A DNA stretch of 63,935 bases, the filler included, from Olpidium bornovanus S191 (taxonomy: Eukaryota; Fungi; Olpidiomycota), in the NCBI GenBank assembly GCA_017911155.1. It is 27 parts of 27 records of this genome, joined end to end, with 100 filler letters (N's around TTAATTAATTAA, not from the genome) between each part and the next. Parts side by side here need not be neighbours in the genome. Positions count along the whole stretch, not along the records: positions 1 to 3,431 come from JAEFCI010002095.1; positions 3,532 to 5,224 come from JAEFCI010007162.1; positions 5,325 to 6,833 come from JAEFCI010001391.1; positions 6,934 to 8,188 come from JAEFCI010012996.1; positions 8,289 to 9,607 come from JAEFCI010000913.1; positions 9,708 to 14,042 come from JAEFCI010002636.1; 21 more parts are not named here. One strand, written 5' to 3'. This document shows positions 1-12,084 of this stretch, one piece after another. Below the pieces are notes generated by a model that saw only the letters and a program-made list of their open reading frames with translations, searched no databases and was not told the origin of the DNA. The position numbers were made by a program, and so were the translations under genes. The stretch's first letter is position 1, and each line of letters opens with the position of its first letter.

Positions 1-2370
1 AGGCGATGTCGGGATGTCGGACGATGAATATATCCATTCCGGCGCTGATATCATACTTCGATCGATTGCTTGCAAAAATCGCCGGGGGAGATTGTAGACC
101 GGACGCGGTCTCGCGGACATGACGAAGCATTTTCGTCTCCTGCTGTAAACCGAAAGCGTTCCAACAGCTTCCAACCACACGTACCCGGACAACTTACGTC
201 GGACTCTGTATACGAGTTCCACAGTCTCTTGGCCCGCAGAGGTGGAGGCATGCTTTATATCACGCATAACCTGCACATCAAGTGCCGCAGAAGACCGTGA
301 GTGTAGCATCATGTAACATACGTTACGCAGAATGATGCAAACAAAAATGGTACCTGCACCGCGTCCAGCGGATGGCAAATGGTAGAAAAATTCTGGCCGA
401 CCAGATCTTCTGGCTTGTACTCGAGCAATCTCCCAACGGCAGGAGAACAGTACAAAAATGTGCCGTGTACGGACAGTACATGAATGAAATCCGGCGAATT
501 CTGCAACAGCATCCTGCTCCATACGCTCTTCGCGTCTTCCGCAGTTGAGGTGGGTCCTCCCATCATGGCTAAGATTTCTGATGTTGCCGGAAACGGAAGG
601 GCCTCTGATGCCGTCTCACGCATATACTCCACGAGGGCACTGTCAGGCGTGGCTGAGAACAAAAGCGAATCAACGTGACATGCCACCCGAATAACCAACA
701 ATTTGTAAGCATAGAAGTTGTATACCAGGTTGAATATACTGTGGAAGCTGACCAAGAGCGTAGTTGACATTATACGTGCTGTCTACGATGAATGCAGCCA
801 AAAAAGGTGATTCAATTGGCTGGATTTCAGCGAATTACCGGCCTTGGACCTGAAGCACGGCACGCGATCCGCAAACCTGAAACGGATACACACTTCGCAT
901 GCGTTTGATGATCGCTTTCGGTTGCTCGACAAGGTCGACTTGCAGACCCACGAACAAAGAAACTTCGTTTCTGTCCCCGAAAATTGCTGACCCAAGCAGA
1001 AATCTAACGTTACCATCTCTTCAACGTCATCCAACGAGATAAAAGCCAACAAAAGGTTCTCACGGATGATTGTGACAAGATTGACAAAGGGTTGACCGCC
1101 TTTGCGGTAATCTGGAGTGCGACGAACAGGTTAGGCGTGTCGACACCGATGGGAATGGGCTGGCAGGGGGGGAAGGGAGGTGGGGGGAGATGGGTGGTAG
1201 GTGGAAGAAGGAACTGGGGTGGTTGGGTACAGCACTTACTGATTATGGAGGTCTGACACTCTTTACCTTGGAAAACACAGGACTTCATGTGACGAACGGA
1301 CACGTTGTCCGTGTACCGACGACAGGATCCAACCGCGACGTGACCATCTGGGGCTTGCAGGAAACGGCAGTTCTGACCTACGGTTTCCTCCTCGCTATAG
1401 CCCGTAAGCTTCACGAACGTCGGCGACGCGTAGATAATCGGCATGTCGTACTTTTGCGGATCAACTAACCGAATGTCAATTTCTTCAAGTAAGCGTCAGT
1501 TACCACGAAGCACAGCGTCTCGAACACCGTTACCGACCAACAAGGAAGGAGCAAGTGAAGTCCACTGGTCCGATCTGGATACGCGGATTGGGGCGAGTTG
1601 CAATCTTTCCGAGTACCCCAATGATATCAAAGGAGGTTGCAGAGTATATTCCGGGGAACTTCTTGAGCCCCTTCGTGTTAGAGTCCGCAACGGCCTGTGC
1701 TGGAGATACGCCAGGAGCAGGCAGCGGCTCTGCACCCAGATTTGATTCCAAAGTCGAAGTTATCAACTCATTCGCCCCGAAAGCCGAAGCTCTGCCTCCT
1801 GGAACGACCTCCGCCTGATGCGGCTGCGCCGCGTAAGCCGAACGCGACTGCGGTGTCGCCGAGAAGTCACTTGATTCCCAGAGCAAACTCTCATTTGCAG
1901 CCGACGGACGTTGGATGGCCTCGCCACTGGTAAAAGCGGCTGCGAGCAGCGGTTCCGACGCTATCTCTGCGCGGTCCGCGGACGCGGCCAACCTCCGCGC
2001 GAAATCGGAAGTCGGATACTGCTCTGGAATATACCATCTGAAAAGGGAGTCTGCTGGGGAGGCACTGAAGGAAACAGAAACCGTCAGTTACCGGATTCCT
2101 ACCTCTTGCGCGCAGAAGAAGTACCGAGACTGCTTATTACCTTGAGCCAATTTCCCCGTAGTTTGCGGCGGCCGAGAAAGGGAAGCCGGTTGGCGGAAAA
2201 AAGGCTGCGGAATCGACGTGTGACGTGTCGACAGGCCGCAGCTCACGTGGTAGACAGGGATTATCGAGCTCCGGCTGCTGTTCGGCTTGCAGACCGTGCG
2301 GCTGCGGGAGGCGGGCCGTGCGCGAACCGGCACCTGGAGCAGCTACGCCGGAACCCGCGTCGCGAGTCAT
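1..2370 (-). CDS. wc-1: White Collar-1 / MadA-type LOV-PAS blue-light photoreceptor; multi-exon, 3' part runs off the window
   Basis: Spliced reading gives KKFPGIYSATSFDIIGVLGKIATRPNPRIQIGPVDFTCSFLV/VDPQKYDMPIIYASPTFVKLTGYSEEETVGQNCRFLQAPDG (LOV), NYRKGGQPFVNLVTII, FVGLQVDLVEQPKAII. It then gives a PAS domain LLQNSPDFIHVLSVHGTFLYCSPAVGRLLEYKPEDLVG...ICHP and VMRDIK...VYRVRRKLSGYVWLE. The ATG at 2370 is inferred. Confidence 0.93.
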
Positions 2371-2616
2371 CTTCCTGGGGCAGGCGGGCGGATCCCCCGC
2401 CTGTTTTCAGTTGTCTGCCGTCTGCAGGATTTCCGTCCGGCGCGACTTCTCCGCGGGCTGCCTGGTGCGCCAAGTTCTTAGGGAGCCACGTGGCGTCGCG
2501 GAACTTCCGCGCTGCACCGTTCGTAACGAAGGAAACAGAAGGAGCAAAAGAGCAGAGGCGGGAAACACCCCCCGCCGCGTCACGCCGCACCGCGCCACGC
2601 CGCTTCCCCGCACGCA

Positions 2617-2714
2617 ATGCACCAGCCCGCCGTGTTTGAGCGGATCAAGGCCGAGGTCGACTGCAGGGCGCCGGAGTTCATCGAGAAGCTCGCCGAGGTC
2701 GTCGCCGTTCCAAG
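2617..2714 (+). CDS. Probable first exon of an M20 dipeptidase (Dug1/CNDP2-like)
   Basis: MHQPAVFERIKAEVDCRAPEFIEKLAEVVAVP followed by AG|GTAAAA, which would give the family PSVS motif. I could not resolve downstream exons. Confidence 0.5.
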
Positions 2715-3431
2715 GTAAAAAAAAAGAAACCACCCCGCGTCGTGGCGCCAACCGTAAGAAAGCGGGTCCGCGCGGGGTTCCCGACGGAAGGAGCCCGGTT
2801 CAGGCAACCTGTGACTCGTTGTTCCGGTTCACTTTGCACCCGGAGCAGCAGCGAGTGCCATCTGCGCGCTAACCTCGGAAGCGTCGGTCGCTGAGGAGAT
2901 GTCGATTGCGCGCTTGCAATGCGCCGTGCGGCTTTTGTCGTGCCAACCGTTCGACAACATTGCCGGTAAACCGCGACAGTTTAATGACGACTTGCCCGAA
3001 ACACCGGCTGTCCTACGTGCACTTTCCTTTCTGGTGTGTCTGGAGATGCCCTGTACCGCAAACATTTGATCGCATAAGGGACGTAGTGGCTGTGTTGGCG
3101 GGAGGGTGACCGGATTAATTTTTAGACCGAGCATTGGAGATTGGTAGGAAAAGTCGGTTATGCTTTGGGGCAGGTTAGCTCCTATCCTTGTTGAGCGGGC
3201 TTATTCTGAAATAACTGGGCGAAGCTCATCGCTAGTTCGACTCCCTCTCGGCGGGCAGGCTCCACAGATGACAAAGAACCGGTAACCAGCTCTCCGAAAT
3301 CCAAAAGCTCTCGGCGTTGAACTCCCGGTGAATGTCCAGATCTGCTTTGAGGGTGCTTTTATGAAGCAACGGCCTTGCCCGTTTTCGGCGTTGCGTGCGA
3401 ACCACTTGTTCTAAAATTGTTTGCTGGCATG

Positions 3432-3531
3432 NNNNNNNNNNNNNNNNNNNNNNNNNNNNNNNNNNNNNNNNNNNNTTAATTAATTAANNNNNNNNNNNNN
3501 NNNNNNNNNNNNNNNNNNNNNNNNNNNNNNN
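3432..3531. other. Artificial contig spacer (first of 26)
   Basis: 44 N + TTAATTAATTAA (stops in all six frames) + 44 N. Identical 100-bp spacers start at 3432, 5225, 6834, 8189, 9608, 14043, 19997, 22467, 23685, 25161, 28840, 30115, 32659, 35485, 40945, 42773, 44284, 45886, 47670, 49104, 50838, 53459, 54664, 57640, 60987 and 62778. Confidence 0.99.
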
Positions 3532-3915
3532 AACAAGAGGGCGACCGCGACCGATGCGGACGCAACGGCCGTCACGTCACCGCCGGCGGGGGCGTTAGAG
3601 ATGACAGCCAACCCCTCGTCATCTGGGTCCGCGGTAGCGCTCCTTCCATGATTTCCTGCAAAGCCCGGTAGTTTGGCTTTTTCAATCCAGCTGTAGCAAA
3701 TTTCCTCATCAACCATTTCTTTCGCCATGTACGCATTCCCGAGAACAGCGCATCCGCGCCTGCCCCCCGCAACCCGTTCATCCCATTTCTCCCGATCATT
3801 TGCCAGAAAGTCGAGGTGGGGGGGAGGGGCGTTTTCATCGACCCCCCCGGCTCCAAAAGCAAAAGCCCGGGCGCGGAGTAGAGATCCACTTTTTAGGTTA
3901 CCTAGATCTAATAAT
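3532..3915 (-). CDS. Exon of an uncharacterised protein with a possible SEL1-like repeat
   Basis: A CAG acceptor is followed by an open frame LLDLGNLKSGSLLRARAFAFG...GCAVLGNAYMAKEMVDEEICYSWIEKAK, resembling the SEL1 pattern LG..Y......D.E.A..W..KA. Confidence 0.35.
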
Positions 3916-4429
3916 CTGTGAATATATACCGCTACCCGTTTTTTCTGAACTCTTTTTTTTTTGTTTTATTGTTTTTGGCCAGGAAGACACAGAAAAGGGT
4001 GTCGCCGCTCGGCGCCGGGTCAAAGACGCAGGCGGCTGAAGATTTGCCGCGCATGGGTGGGCTTCTCCCGCAGGGGCGACCCACCCGGGCCCCGAACGCG
4101 GTGCGTGCGAGCTCAGTTCCCTCGCCGTTTTGATGCAAACCAAAGCGAAACAAAAAAGGACTTTTTAAAGAGAAAAATTTCACCTTCCCACCACCCGGCC
4201 CACTTATCCCCAGGCACCCCGCGGCGCATACTAAACCTCCTGCACAGGCCGGGAAATGACGGGTAATTTTACGGACGACAAAAACCGGGTTGTGAAAAAA
4301 AAAATCCCGCGAATGTTTTCCGTCCCAGTCAACGTCAGAATCGCCGTCAAAAAGCCGCGTCGAAAAAAAAGAATCTTTTTCTTGTTAAAAATTCCCATCA
4401 AAATCGGCGATTTGCAGGGTTGGCAGGCT

Positions 4430-4720
4430 TTTTCGCGGGATTCGCGCAAATTCACGGGGATTTGCAGATTCAACGGGATCCGCAGAATCGCGGGGGATTC
4501 GCGGATTCCCGGGGATCCCCCCGGATTCGGGAAATCCGAAGATTCGCGCAAAATTCCTGTCAAAATCCCTGGCAGATTCAAAATCCTTGTTCAAAACCCC
4601 GGCCAATATCCTCTTCAAAATTAAACTGTTATAGAGTACTCGTAAAAAAATTTTCGTCAAAATCCTCGCCAGAATCAAAATCCCTGTCAAATCCCTGTCA
4701 GAATCCTTGTCAAAAGTTTT
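4430..4720. repeat. Degenerate short-period repeat (GTCARAATCC-like units)
   Basis: Recurrent caaaatccctgtc, cagaatcc and gattcgcg words. The reverse complement matches the repeat at 53570-54050. Confidence 0.65.
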
Positions 4721-5028
4721 GTGGAAGGCAGATTGGGAAAGAAGGTAGAAGCTGAAGGTAGAGCCTGAAGGCAGATTTGGAGGGCATCTTTTTTAAAAGG
4801 CAGGGGATTTCAGGTCTAGCTCTGGATCCGTTCGCAAGGGGTAAGCACCCCGGCGTCGCGTCTGACGGAGCGAAGCATACCGGTCGACGTGAGCATAATA
4901 GTATATTGGGCGTTGGCTTCGCCGAGGTGCAGAGTGAACGGCAGGCGGGGCAAGGGATTTTGGCACGGGAACGCACTCCGCCTTCGAGACACGGTCCACG
5001 CCAGTAACGAGAACCCGCTTTGGCAGAC

Positions 5029-5143
5029 ATGGCGGCGCCGGTTCGGCGGAAGAGGATCATAGACGTGGCCGAGGACGACGACTCCGACGCCGGAAACGCA
5101 GCGCAGCCGCAGGACCCCGACCCGCCGCTTTTGCGGAGCAGGA
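5029..5143 (+). CDS. Possible first exon of an unknown gene
   Basis: ATG-initiated MAAPVRRKRIIDVAEDDDSDAGNAAQPQDPDPPLLRSRK, cut short by a poly-C run and the contig end. Confidence 0.3.
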
Positions 5144-6933
5144 AGGTTCCCCGCCGAGGGCCCGGGGACCGCTGGGGAGACCCGGTACGGCGCCCCTCCC
5201 ACCTATCCCCCCCCCCCCCCCCCCNNNNNNNNNNNNNNNNNNNNNNNNNNNNNNNNNNNNNNNNNNNNTTAATTAATTAANNNNNNNNNNNNNNNNNNNN
5301 NNNNNNNNNNNNNNNNNNNNNNNNCTTTTTTTTTTTTTTTTTCCTTTTTCATATTCTTTTTTAATTTATTTTCCTTTCTTTCTTTTTTCTTTTTTTATTT
5401 TTCTTCTTTCTTTTCCACTTTTTTTTCTTCTTTATTCATTGTTTTCTCGTTGTTTTTTTGATTTTTTATTCTTTATTTTTTTTTTCCCTTTTTTCCCCCT
5501 TTTTTCCCTTTTTTCCCTTTTTTCCCTTTTTTCCATTTATTCTTTATTTTTTCTTTTATTCTTTATTTTTCCTTTTTTCTTTCTTTTTTTCATTCTTTTT
5601 TTCTTTTGGTTTTTTTCTCCTGATTCCTACATCCGCACGGAATTCCGTCTCGACTGCTCCTCATCCTGGGTCTTTTATTTTTTTTTTCTTTTTTTTTTCC
5701 CCAGCCGACGACATTTTCGAGGGCAACGGGAGCGGGGCAACCATGCTCGGGAAGGCTAGTACGCAGGACCTCGAGTAGGTAACCCCGGGGAGACAATTAT
5801 CAATCCACATTGTGGACGGCTGCAATTCGACCGTTGACCGTCGCACCGGTGTAATCGCCACGTCAGAAACGAGTTCAGCACCAGGAATACTGATGACATT
5901 ATCAGGATCATGCTTGAGAAGGGGACTGTCCAGCATGTCGGCTCCGGGCACGGCTCACGGGCAACTAGGGTGGGAGAGCATAGGAGTGATCGCAAATTGG
6001 GAGGGGCCAGGCGGACGGGGTGGGCGGGGGGAACATTGAAGATGACCTTTAGGGGCTGGGAAGCGAAACGAAAGCCCCTGGAACGGAAAGGAGAACTCCT
6101 GCCGTCAGGATCATGCCCGTGTTGCCGGGTCGAAAAAATGCGATTTTTTTTTTTTCGCTTTCGACGCTCGTCAACTTCTCTCCTCCCCGCTTAATCTCTT
6201 GACAATTTCCTTTCCCGCGTTCCAGGACAGGCAAGGATCCAGAAACGAAGCCCAGGGCACCAGCGTGTCTCATTGAACCTCGCCCCCGCACTTTCCTTCC
6301 AGGAAAAACGGGAGACGGTTCTCCCGCGACGCACGCTCGATCGTCCCGGTTCCCGCTCCGTACAGTCCCGCGACGTTTTTTTTTTTCGATCCACACAAAC
6401 CTTTTTCTTCCCCCACCCCCATTTCCTTCGGCATTCGTTTCCCACGTTTCTGACCGCGCCCTACTTCCCACCCGGTCTCACCACCACCACCCCAACCAAC
6501 CACCCTTTCCTCCTTTTTTTTCTGTTGAAAGAAAGAAACGGCTTTGTGTGTAAGATGCAGAACGCGCGTTTTTTTATTTTGGTTTCCGTCGTCGCCTTGA
6601 TCCTGGGGGGGCGATTTGCGTTCGTCGTCCCTTTTTTTTTTTTTTTTTTCATTTCTGTTTTTGAGTTTCCGTTTTTGCTCGGGGCGAGAGCGAGGGCGGG
6701 TTTGACGGGTGGAAAGAAACCTTCCGCCCGTTGCCGGGGAGGGGGGAGGGGGTTTTTTCTTTTTTTCTTTTTTTTTTCCCCTTTCTTAGCTCTCGTTTCG
6801 TTACCCATACAAACGCCTATCAGATCAGATAGCNNNNNNNNNNNNNNNNNNNNNNNNNNNNNNNNNNNNNNNNNNNNTTAATTAATTAANNNNNNNNNNN
6901 NNNNNNNNNNNNNNNNNNNNNNNNNNNNNNNNN

Positions 6934-7692
6934 CATGAAGGCCCTCATACTTGCCATTGTCGGTGTAAGCGAAAGCCAGATCGTAGAGGCGGGGCAACGC
7001 TCCGAAAATGAAAGCGATCACGAAGAAGTTATTGATAAGGTGGGTCGTACGGACAGAGCTCGTGTGTCGGTGCGCGGTGAGGGTGCGGACTAGCAAGGCC
7101 AAAGTCACCAGCGACACGAAGCTCTGACAAAAACAACAATGAAAATTCAATACTGGTACGCAGGCTTCAAAGACATTTGCGTTTTCCGACTCACCCAGAC
7201 GCACCCCTGGACGAGGATGCTCCACCGTCTATAAGGTCCAGGTTGCGAGTGAGGGACTTGCTGGGTCCTGTAGAAGTAGAGTCCAAAAATTCCGATTGCC
7301 TGGGCAGCCGAGAGCGCACTTTTGGTAAATTCGACAAAAGCCCTAATTACGGGACGTTTGTGGCGCTGCTCGGCGTCCCGGGGCGATAAAGAGCGCCGGT
7401 CGTCTGCGACGGTAGTGGCATTCGAATCGGTGTCTTCGCCATCGGCAGATGTGCGAGACAAGAAGTCGTCGTCTAGCCGGATCGCGCCTAAAGAACGTTT
7501 CGTGATTTTTCTGAAAATGACAGCAGCAAATCCTGCTATCAAGAACGTAGCAGGAATGGCGGCATCAAGGACGGTTTCGCGCCAGCATGGAGAGACATTG
7601 AACGGCTCCAGCGGTTGCGGAGTTTCGGTTCCGCAAAATGCCTGTGGGAGGGAGAACATAAGCGCAGCGCCGACGCGTGGGCCCTGTGGCAT
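6934..7692 (-). CDS. N-terminal membrane region, probably TMD0 of an ABCC/MRP-type ABC transporter (partial)
   Basis: FCGTETPQPLEPFNVSPCWRETVLDAAIPATFLIAGFAAVIF followed by several hydrophobic helices over two exons. The PC-containing N-terminus is typical of fungal ABCC TMD0. No nucleotide-binding domain is on this contig. Confidence 0.5.
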
Positions 7693-8049
7693 AAAAGTTT
7701 TTGTGTTCGTGATCAGCCGCGTAGGAGCGAAGGCAACTACAGCCGAGCGGGAGGCTGTTGCTGTTGTCCGTCGGACAAAGAAGCGAACAGCGCGACGCGG
7801 CCACGAGAACGGCCGACGCGCGGAGCAATTTTGCAGAAAAGAATTCCACCTCCCCCCCCCACCCCCCCCCCTTCCCCCCGCAGACCAGGAAAGCCTGAGC
7901 AACCTTTCGGGCGCGGGGGAGGCTCGCGGGAGAGTTGAGGCCGCGACCCGTTAGAGACGTTGGGTCGCGCGGCCGGTTTTTTGCGCTCGGTCGAGGCTGA
8001 CCGGGCGGTTGGGAGGGTGGGAGCTAGGGGAGGGGGGTGCGGGGGAAAT

Positions 8050-8083
<34 letters not shown>

Positions 8084-11000
8084 AGGGGGGGTTAGCGCGG
8101 GGGGATTATGATTTTGACCCTCATTACTTTTTTTTTTATCATTACCTGTCTTTTGGACGTTAATTCAGGACTGGCCCACCACCCACCCNNNNNNNNNNNN
8201 NNNNNNNNNNNNNNNNNNNNNNNNNNNNNNNNTTAATTAATTAANNNNNNNNNNNNNNNNNNNNNNNNNNNNNNNNNNNNNNNNNNNNCATGCAGGCGGC
8301 GCGATTCACGGGCCCCGTTTCCATTCGCACTGCCGGCTGATGGGCCCCGGGACCATCACCCCTTCGGGGTTGAATGGACCGAGTAATTTTTGGTGGTGGC
8401 CGCGGGCGCGGGTTCGCCCGCTCCGCGGCCTTACTTTTTCTATGTTTTGTTCTCGTGCTCTCGAAGTCGAATGAACGCTGTCAAAAAATGGTCTTTTTTG
8501 TAAACGGTTTATGGTTTTTCGTCTTCTGCGCTGAGGTCAGCAACTCCCTACAAATTTGGATTTTTTTTTTCTTTCGAGGCGTTTGTGACGCCAGCCGCTA
8601 TGCCCGCCACCCTTTAATCTGTTGACGCCGCCTAAAGTGGGCGAACTTCATTTGGGGCGCGTGCCGCAAACTTTTGGTTCCGCATTAAAGGCGGGGCGAG
8701 CTCGGCGGCGTCTCCGTTGTTTTCTGGTGAAACCTTCCACAGTCGGGGGTATTTGCGGGATGGCGCTCGCGAGGAAGAAAGATGCCCGCAAAAAACGCGA
8801 GGTTCCGGGTCTCTCGTCGCCAGTTCCGGAGGAGGAGGACGGGGAGGGGGGGGCGAAGCCGTTTCGCGGTGGTCCGAATTTGCCCTCGACGCTGCCCACC
8901 CCGCCTCACGTTTTTTTCGTCTCTGTTTTCGCACGCGTCGGGGAGTGGCCTCGACGGCACCGCTCTCCGGAAAGGTGCTCGCCCGTCGGTGTGAAGGGGG
9001 GTGGAGTGCGTCGCGGGCGTCCCGTTATTTCTGAGAGGGACCGTTTCTGACGGGTCACCGTCTTCTCGGGTGGTGGGTGGGTGACCATGCCGCCCGGGAA
9101 CGAAAGGAACTTCGCTTTCCTCCTGCCTTTTTTGTTTTTTTTTGAATTTGTCGGCCAAGTTTTCTTCGACCTCTCGGACGGGCTTCGGGGTCCGGACCGG
9201 CGATGATCGTATCGTCTGCGTAGACGGCAACCCTGTGACGCGCCGTCGTCTGTCATTCCCGGGGCCTGGGGGGGGGGGGGGGGGCCACGTACACGCGCGG
9301 CTCTGACGGGCAGCTTGCGTCAGGCCGAGACGCTTCGGCTCCAGTGTGCCCGTCGGCGATTTCCACGCTCTTACCCGCTCTGTTTGAGCCCATTTTACAG
9401 GGCCCCCGACCCGGGGGGTTATCAAAAACTTCTGTGAGGGCAATTCCGCCTGTTCCGTCGTGCAGTTTCCCTTAATGTGGTTTCGCCGTTCCAAGGGTAT
9501 GCCAAAGCCAAAACTGACTCGGGTAACAGACCAATGAACTCATTCCATTAAACATGTTACACTAACAAAATTTCTAATTGACTACGCTCCATGGGCCTAC
9601 TAGTCACNNNNNNNNNNNNNNNNNNNNNNNNNNNNNNNNNNNNNNNNNNNNTTAATTAATTAANNNNNNNNNNNNNNNNNNNNNNNNNNNNNNNNNNNNN
9701 NNNNNNNATTTGCGTCAAACCCACGCTGCAGAAGCTTCACGGGCTCGCGATCAAGGGGCGGAGCTTGCCTGCGTGGCTGGAGCCGCCGAAGAACTAGAAA
9801 AGCTTAGAGCAATCTACTTCAGTCATGTGCCGACAATCAATCTCTCGCGGTTGTCAAACGCAATCCTGCGCAATCCGCCGGTGCGCCGGTCACAGCGCCT
9901 GCGAGGAAACTGAGAAGCGTGGAGCTGCGCGGCGATATCACCGAGCTCGCACGCTCGGTCGGATCGGCAACTCAGGGAATATGGTTCTCTGTGTGTGTGT
10001 GTGTGTGTGGGGGGGGGGTATACCTCTGGAACTGGTTCTATCTAGGATATTCGATACCGGCGGGCGGCGCAAGCATTGTTTAATCGGGTTGCGGCCGGCC
10101 GGTGTGTGTCTGCATCTTTTCTTTTTTTTTATTTCTCAGCAACCTACAGCTGATGGAGTCCAATCCTCCGTGAGTCGCGATTCTGATGTAGTGGTCACGT
10201 ATGTTTCTTGAGGAACTCTGGACGATTGTTGCTGCAATTCAGTTCCTCCAGCTGGTGAATGTACAAATGAGGAACCACCCAAAAAAAATCGTATGCAAAA
10301 AGAAAGCGCAGGCGACTCTCTTGCCGCAAAGGTACCCCGTGTTGGCCAGGGGAAGCGAGGGAAAAGTTTTTCAAAGGAGAGTTGGAGGAGGCGAGGCTAA
10401 CGTAGCAAATTTGATATTAAGAAGATTGGTAGCGCCTGCTCCCTCTCGTATTTGCTTCGCGCGCTCACCGACGGTTGCCGTCCGGGTTGCGCGTGACGCG
10501 AACCTTTTTCCGGGGGGTTTTTTATTTGGATGATGACTCCGGCACACTCGAGGGTGGGAGAACCGCTGACTAATCCATTGACAAAACGGAAGGAAACTGT
10601 CGACGGACTCACTGCAATGCTCGCAGCGTGATTCCGCTGTGGGGTTGGGGTGGGAGGGGCGGGCGGGGTCTGGCCAAGACCAGTGGCGCATCAATGCGCA
10701 AAGCTCCAAAGGGACGTTCACGCAAGGCCAGGGACGAACAATTTAATGCAATTCTGCCGTCGTCTCACAACGCGGAAGCTCCTCAATGTAGACGGGCCAG
10801 TTTCCTGCACACCGGGCTCAAGCCTTTGCGCGCGTTTCTGCAGCATTATCGTGATGCGAACAGTTACCCTCAATGCAAGAGTTGCTTATCCACCGAACCC
10901 AATACCAACTCTTGCAGGTTTTCCGTCTATCGCTCCCGCACGAGAACGGGGAAGCTTTTCAGGTAAAAATGCGATCACGCACATCCTCGAGTGAACGGAC

Positions 11001-12084
11001 GCCAATGGTTGCCTTTTGTGGAGGAAAACTCAGCCAGATTGCCCTCGGACTTCGTCCGCATCGAACCTATCTCCTTTCCAATAAGTTTGCGAATTTAGAC
11101 ACCGACCTGCGGCAATTTGAACCGCCGCCTTGGATTGGACAGGTCGAACGGCGGGCCCGGCGGCAGAGGCGCGCCCGCCGCGGATGCCGGGTGCCCCTGC
11201 GCCGGCGCGCATCCTTTGAAACCCGTACACCTCGTCAGGCCCGTACGGCCGTGGCATCGCTTGTGGCCACGCCATCATATCGCCATGCGCGGCCGGCTGG
11301 CCGCAACGCAGACTGCGCCGGGCCCTCGCTTCGGCAAAACTTTTTTTTTTCTGTTTTGTTTTTTTTTTTTTTTTCGTTTTTGCAATTCCGGGCACAGTTT
11401 ACGCCAACTGGTTTGTTCGTTGCGCCGGGAGAAGCCCAAACCGATTTCGAAGCCGCGCGACGCGAGCTGCTGCCGACTGGGCGGATTGCAGGCGAGCCAA
11501 CACTCCTGCGGACACAAGCCCCCCCCCCTCCTTTTGTGGGAGACTCTCAGGTTCCTCCATAAGGCTAGATTCCTAAGCAAAAAAAAAAAAAAAAAAGCCT
11601 GCGCAGAGCCCGGCGCACTTTAGGTGGTGACGTGTACTTCGCAGCTCGGCCGGTTTGCGCTGCAGTGGAACGTGAAAAAAGGCGAGTAAAAAGCAAAGAA
11701 AGAAAAAGACCGCCGAGCTTGAACGGTGAAAAGGAAGCCTCCCGGTGATCACGTGACCAGAAATTGCCTCACTGTGTCATTTTTGTTTTTTTTTCTTTTT
11801 TTTGTTTTTTTTTTGTTTTTGAATTTTTTGCAAAACTCCGTTCATTCCCCCTTTCCCCCGCCCTGTTCTCCCCCCTTTTCCTTCCCTCTCTCCCCGCGCC
11901 CCCTCGACACCCAAACCCGGGCGGGCAGACACTCCGCAAGACACAAATTCCTCGATATAAACAGGAAAACGGCGAGCCTCGCGAGCCTTTTCGTTCCGCA
12001 AGTCACAGGCACAACACCCACCACCGCCGCCGCGTCCAGCCCATCTTTCTGCTCACCGCCCGACCGCCGCGTTGACCACCGCAC

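Noticed and set aside
3215-3260. tRNA-like GTTCGACTC
   Set aside because: The flanks do not form a T-stem and no cloverleaf can be drawn.
3476-3487. TTAATTAATTAA repeated 26 times as a biological motif or CRISPR-like repeat
   Set aside because: It is always centred in 88 Ns; it is an artificial linker.
4785-4810. U5 snRNA loop-like TGCCTTTTA on the minus strand
   Set aside because: It lacks the following AC and a closing stem, and I see no Sm site.
5661-5951. ORF containing WIDNCLPG as a Tysnd1/Deg15-like protease
   Set aside because: The match is only a few residues and no catalytic motif is present; left uncalled.
9708-11700. Short ORFs upstream of the homeobox gene as a transposon remnant
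   Set aside because: No transposase, RT or integrase motif and no terminal repeats are recognisable.
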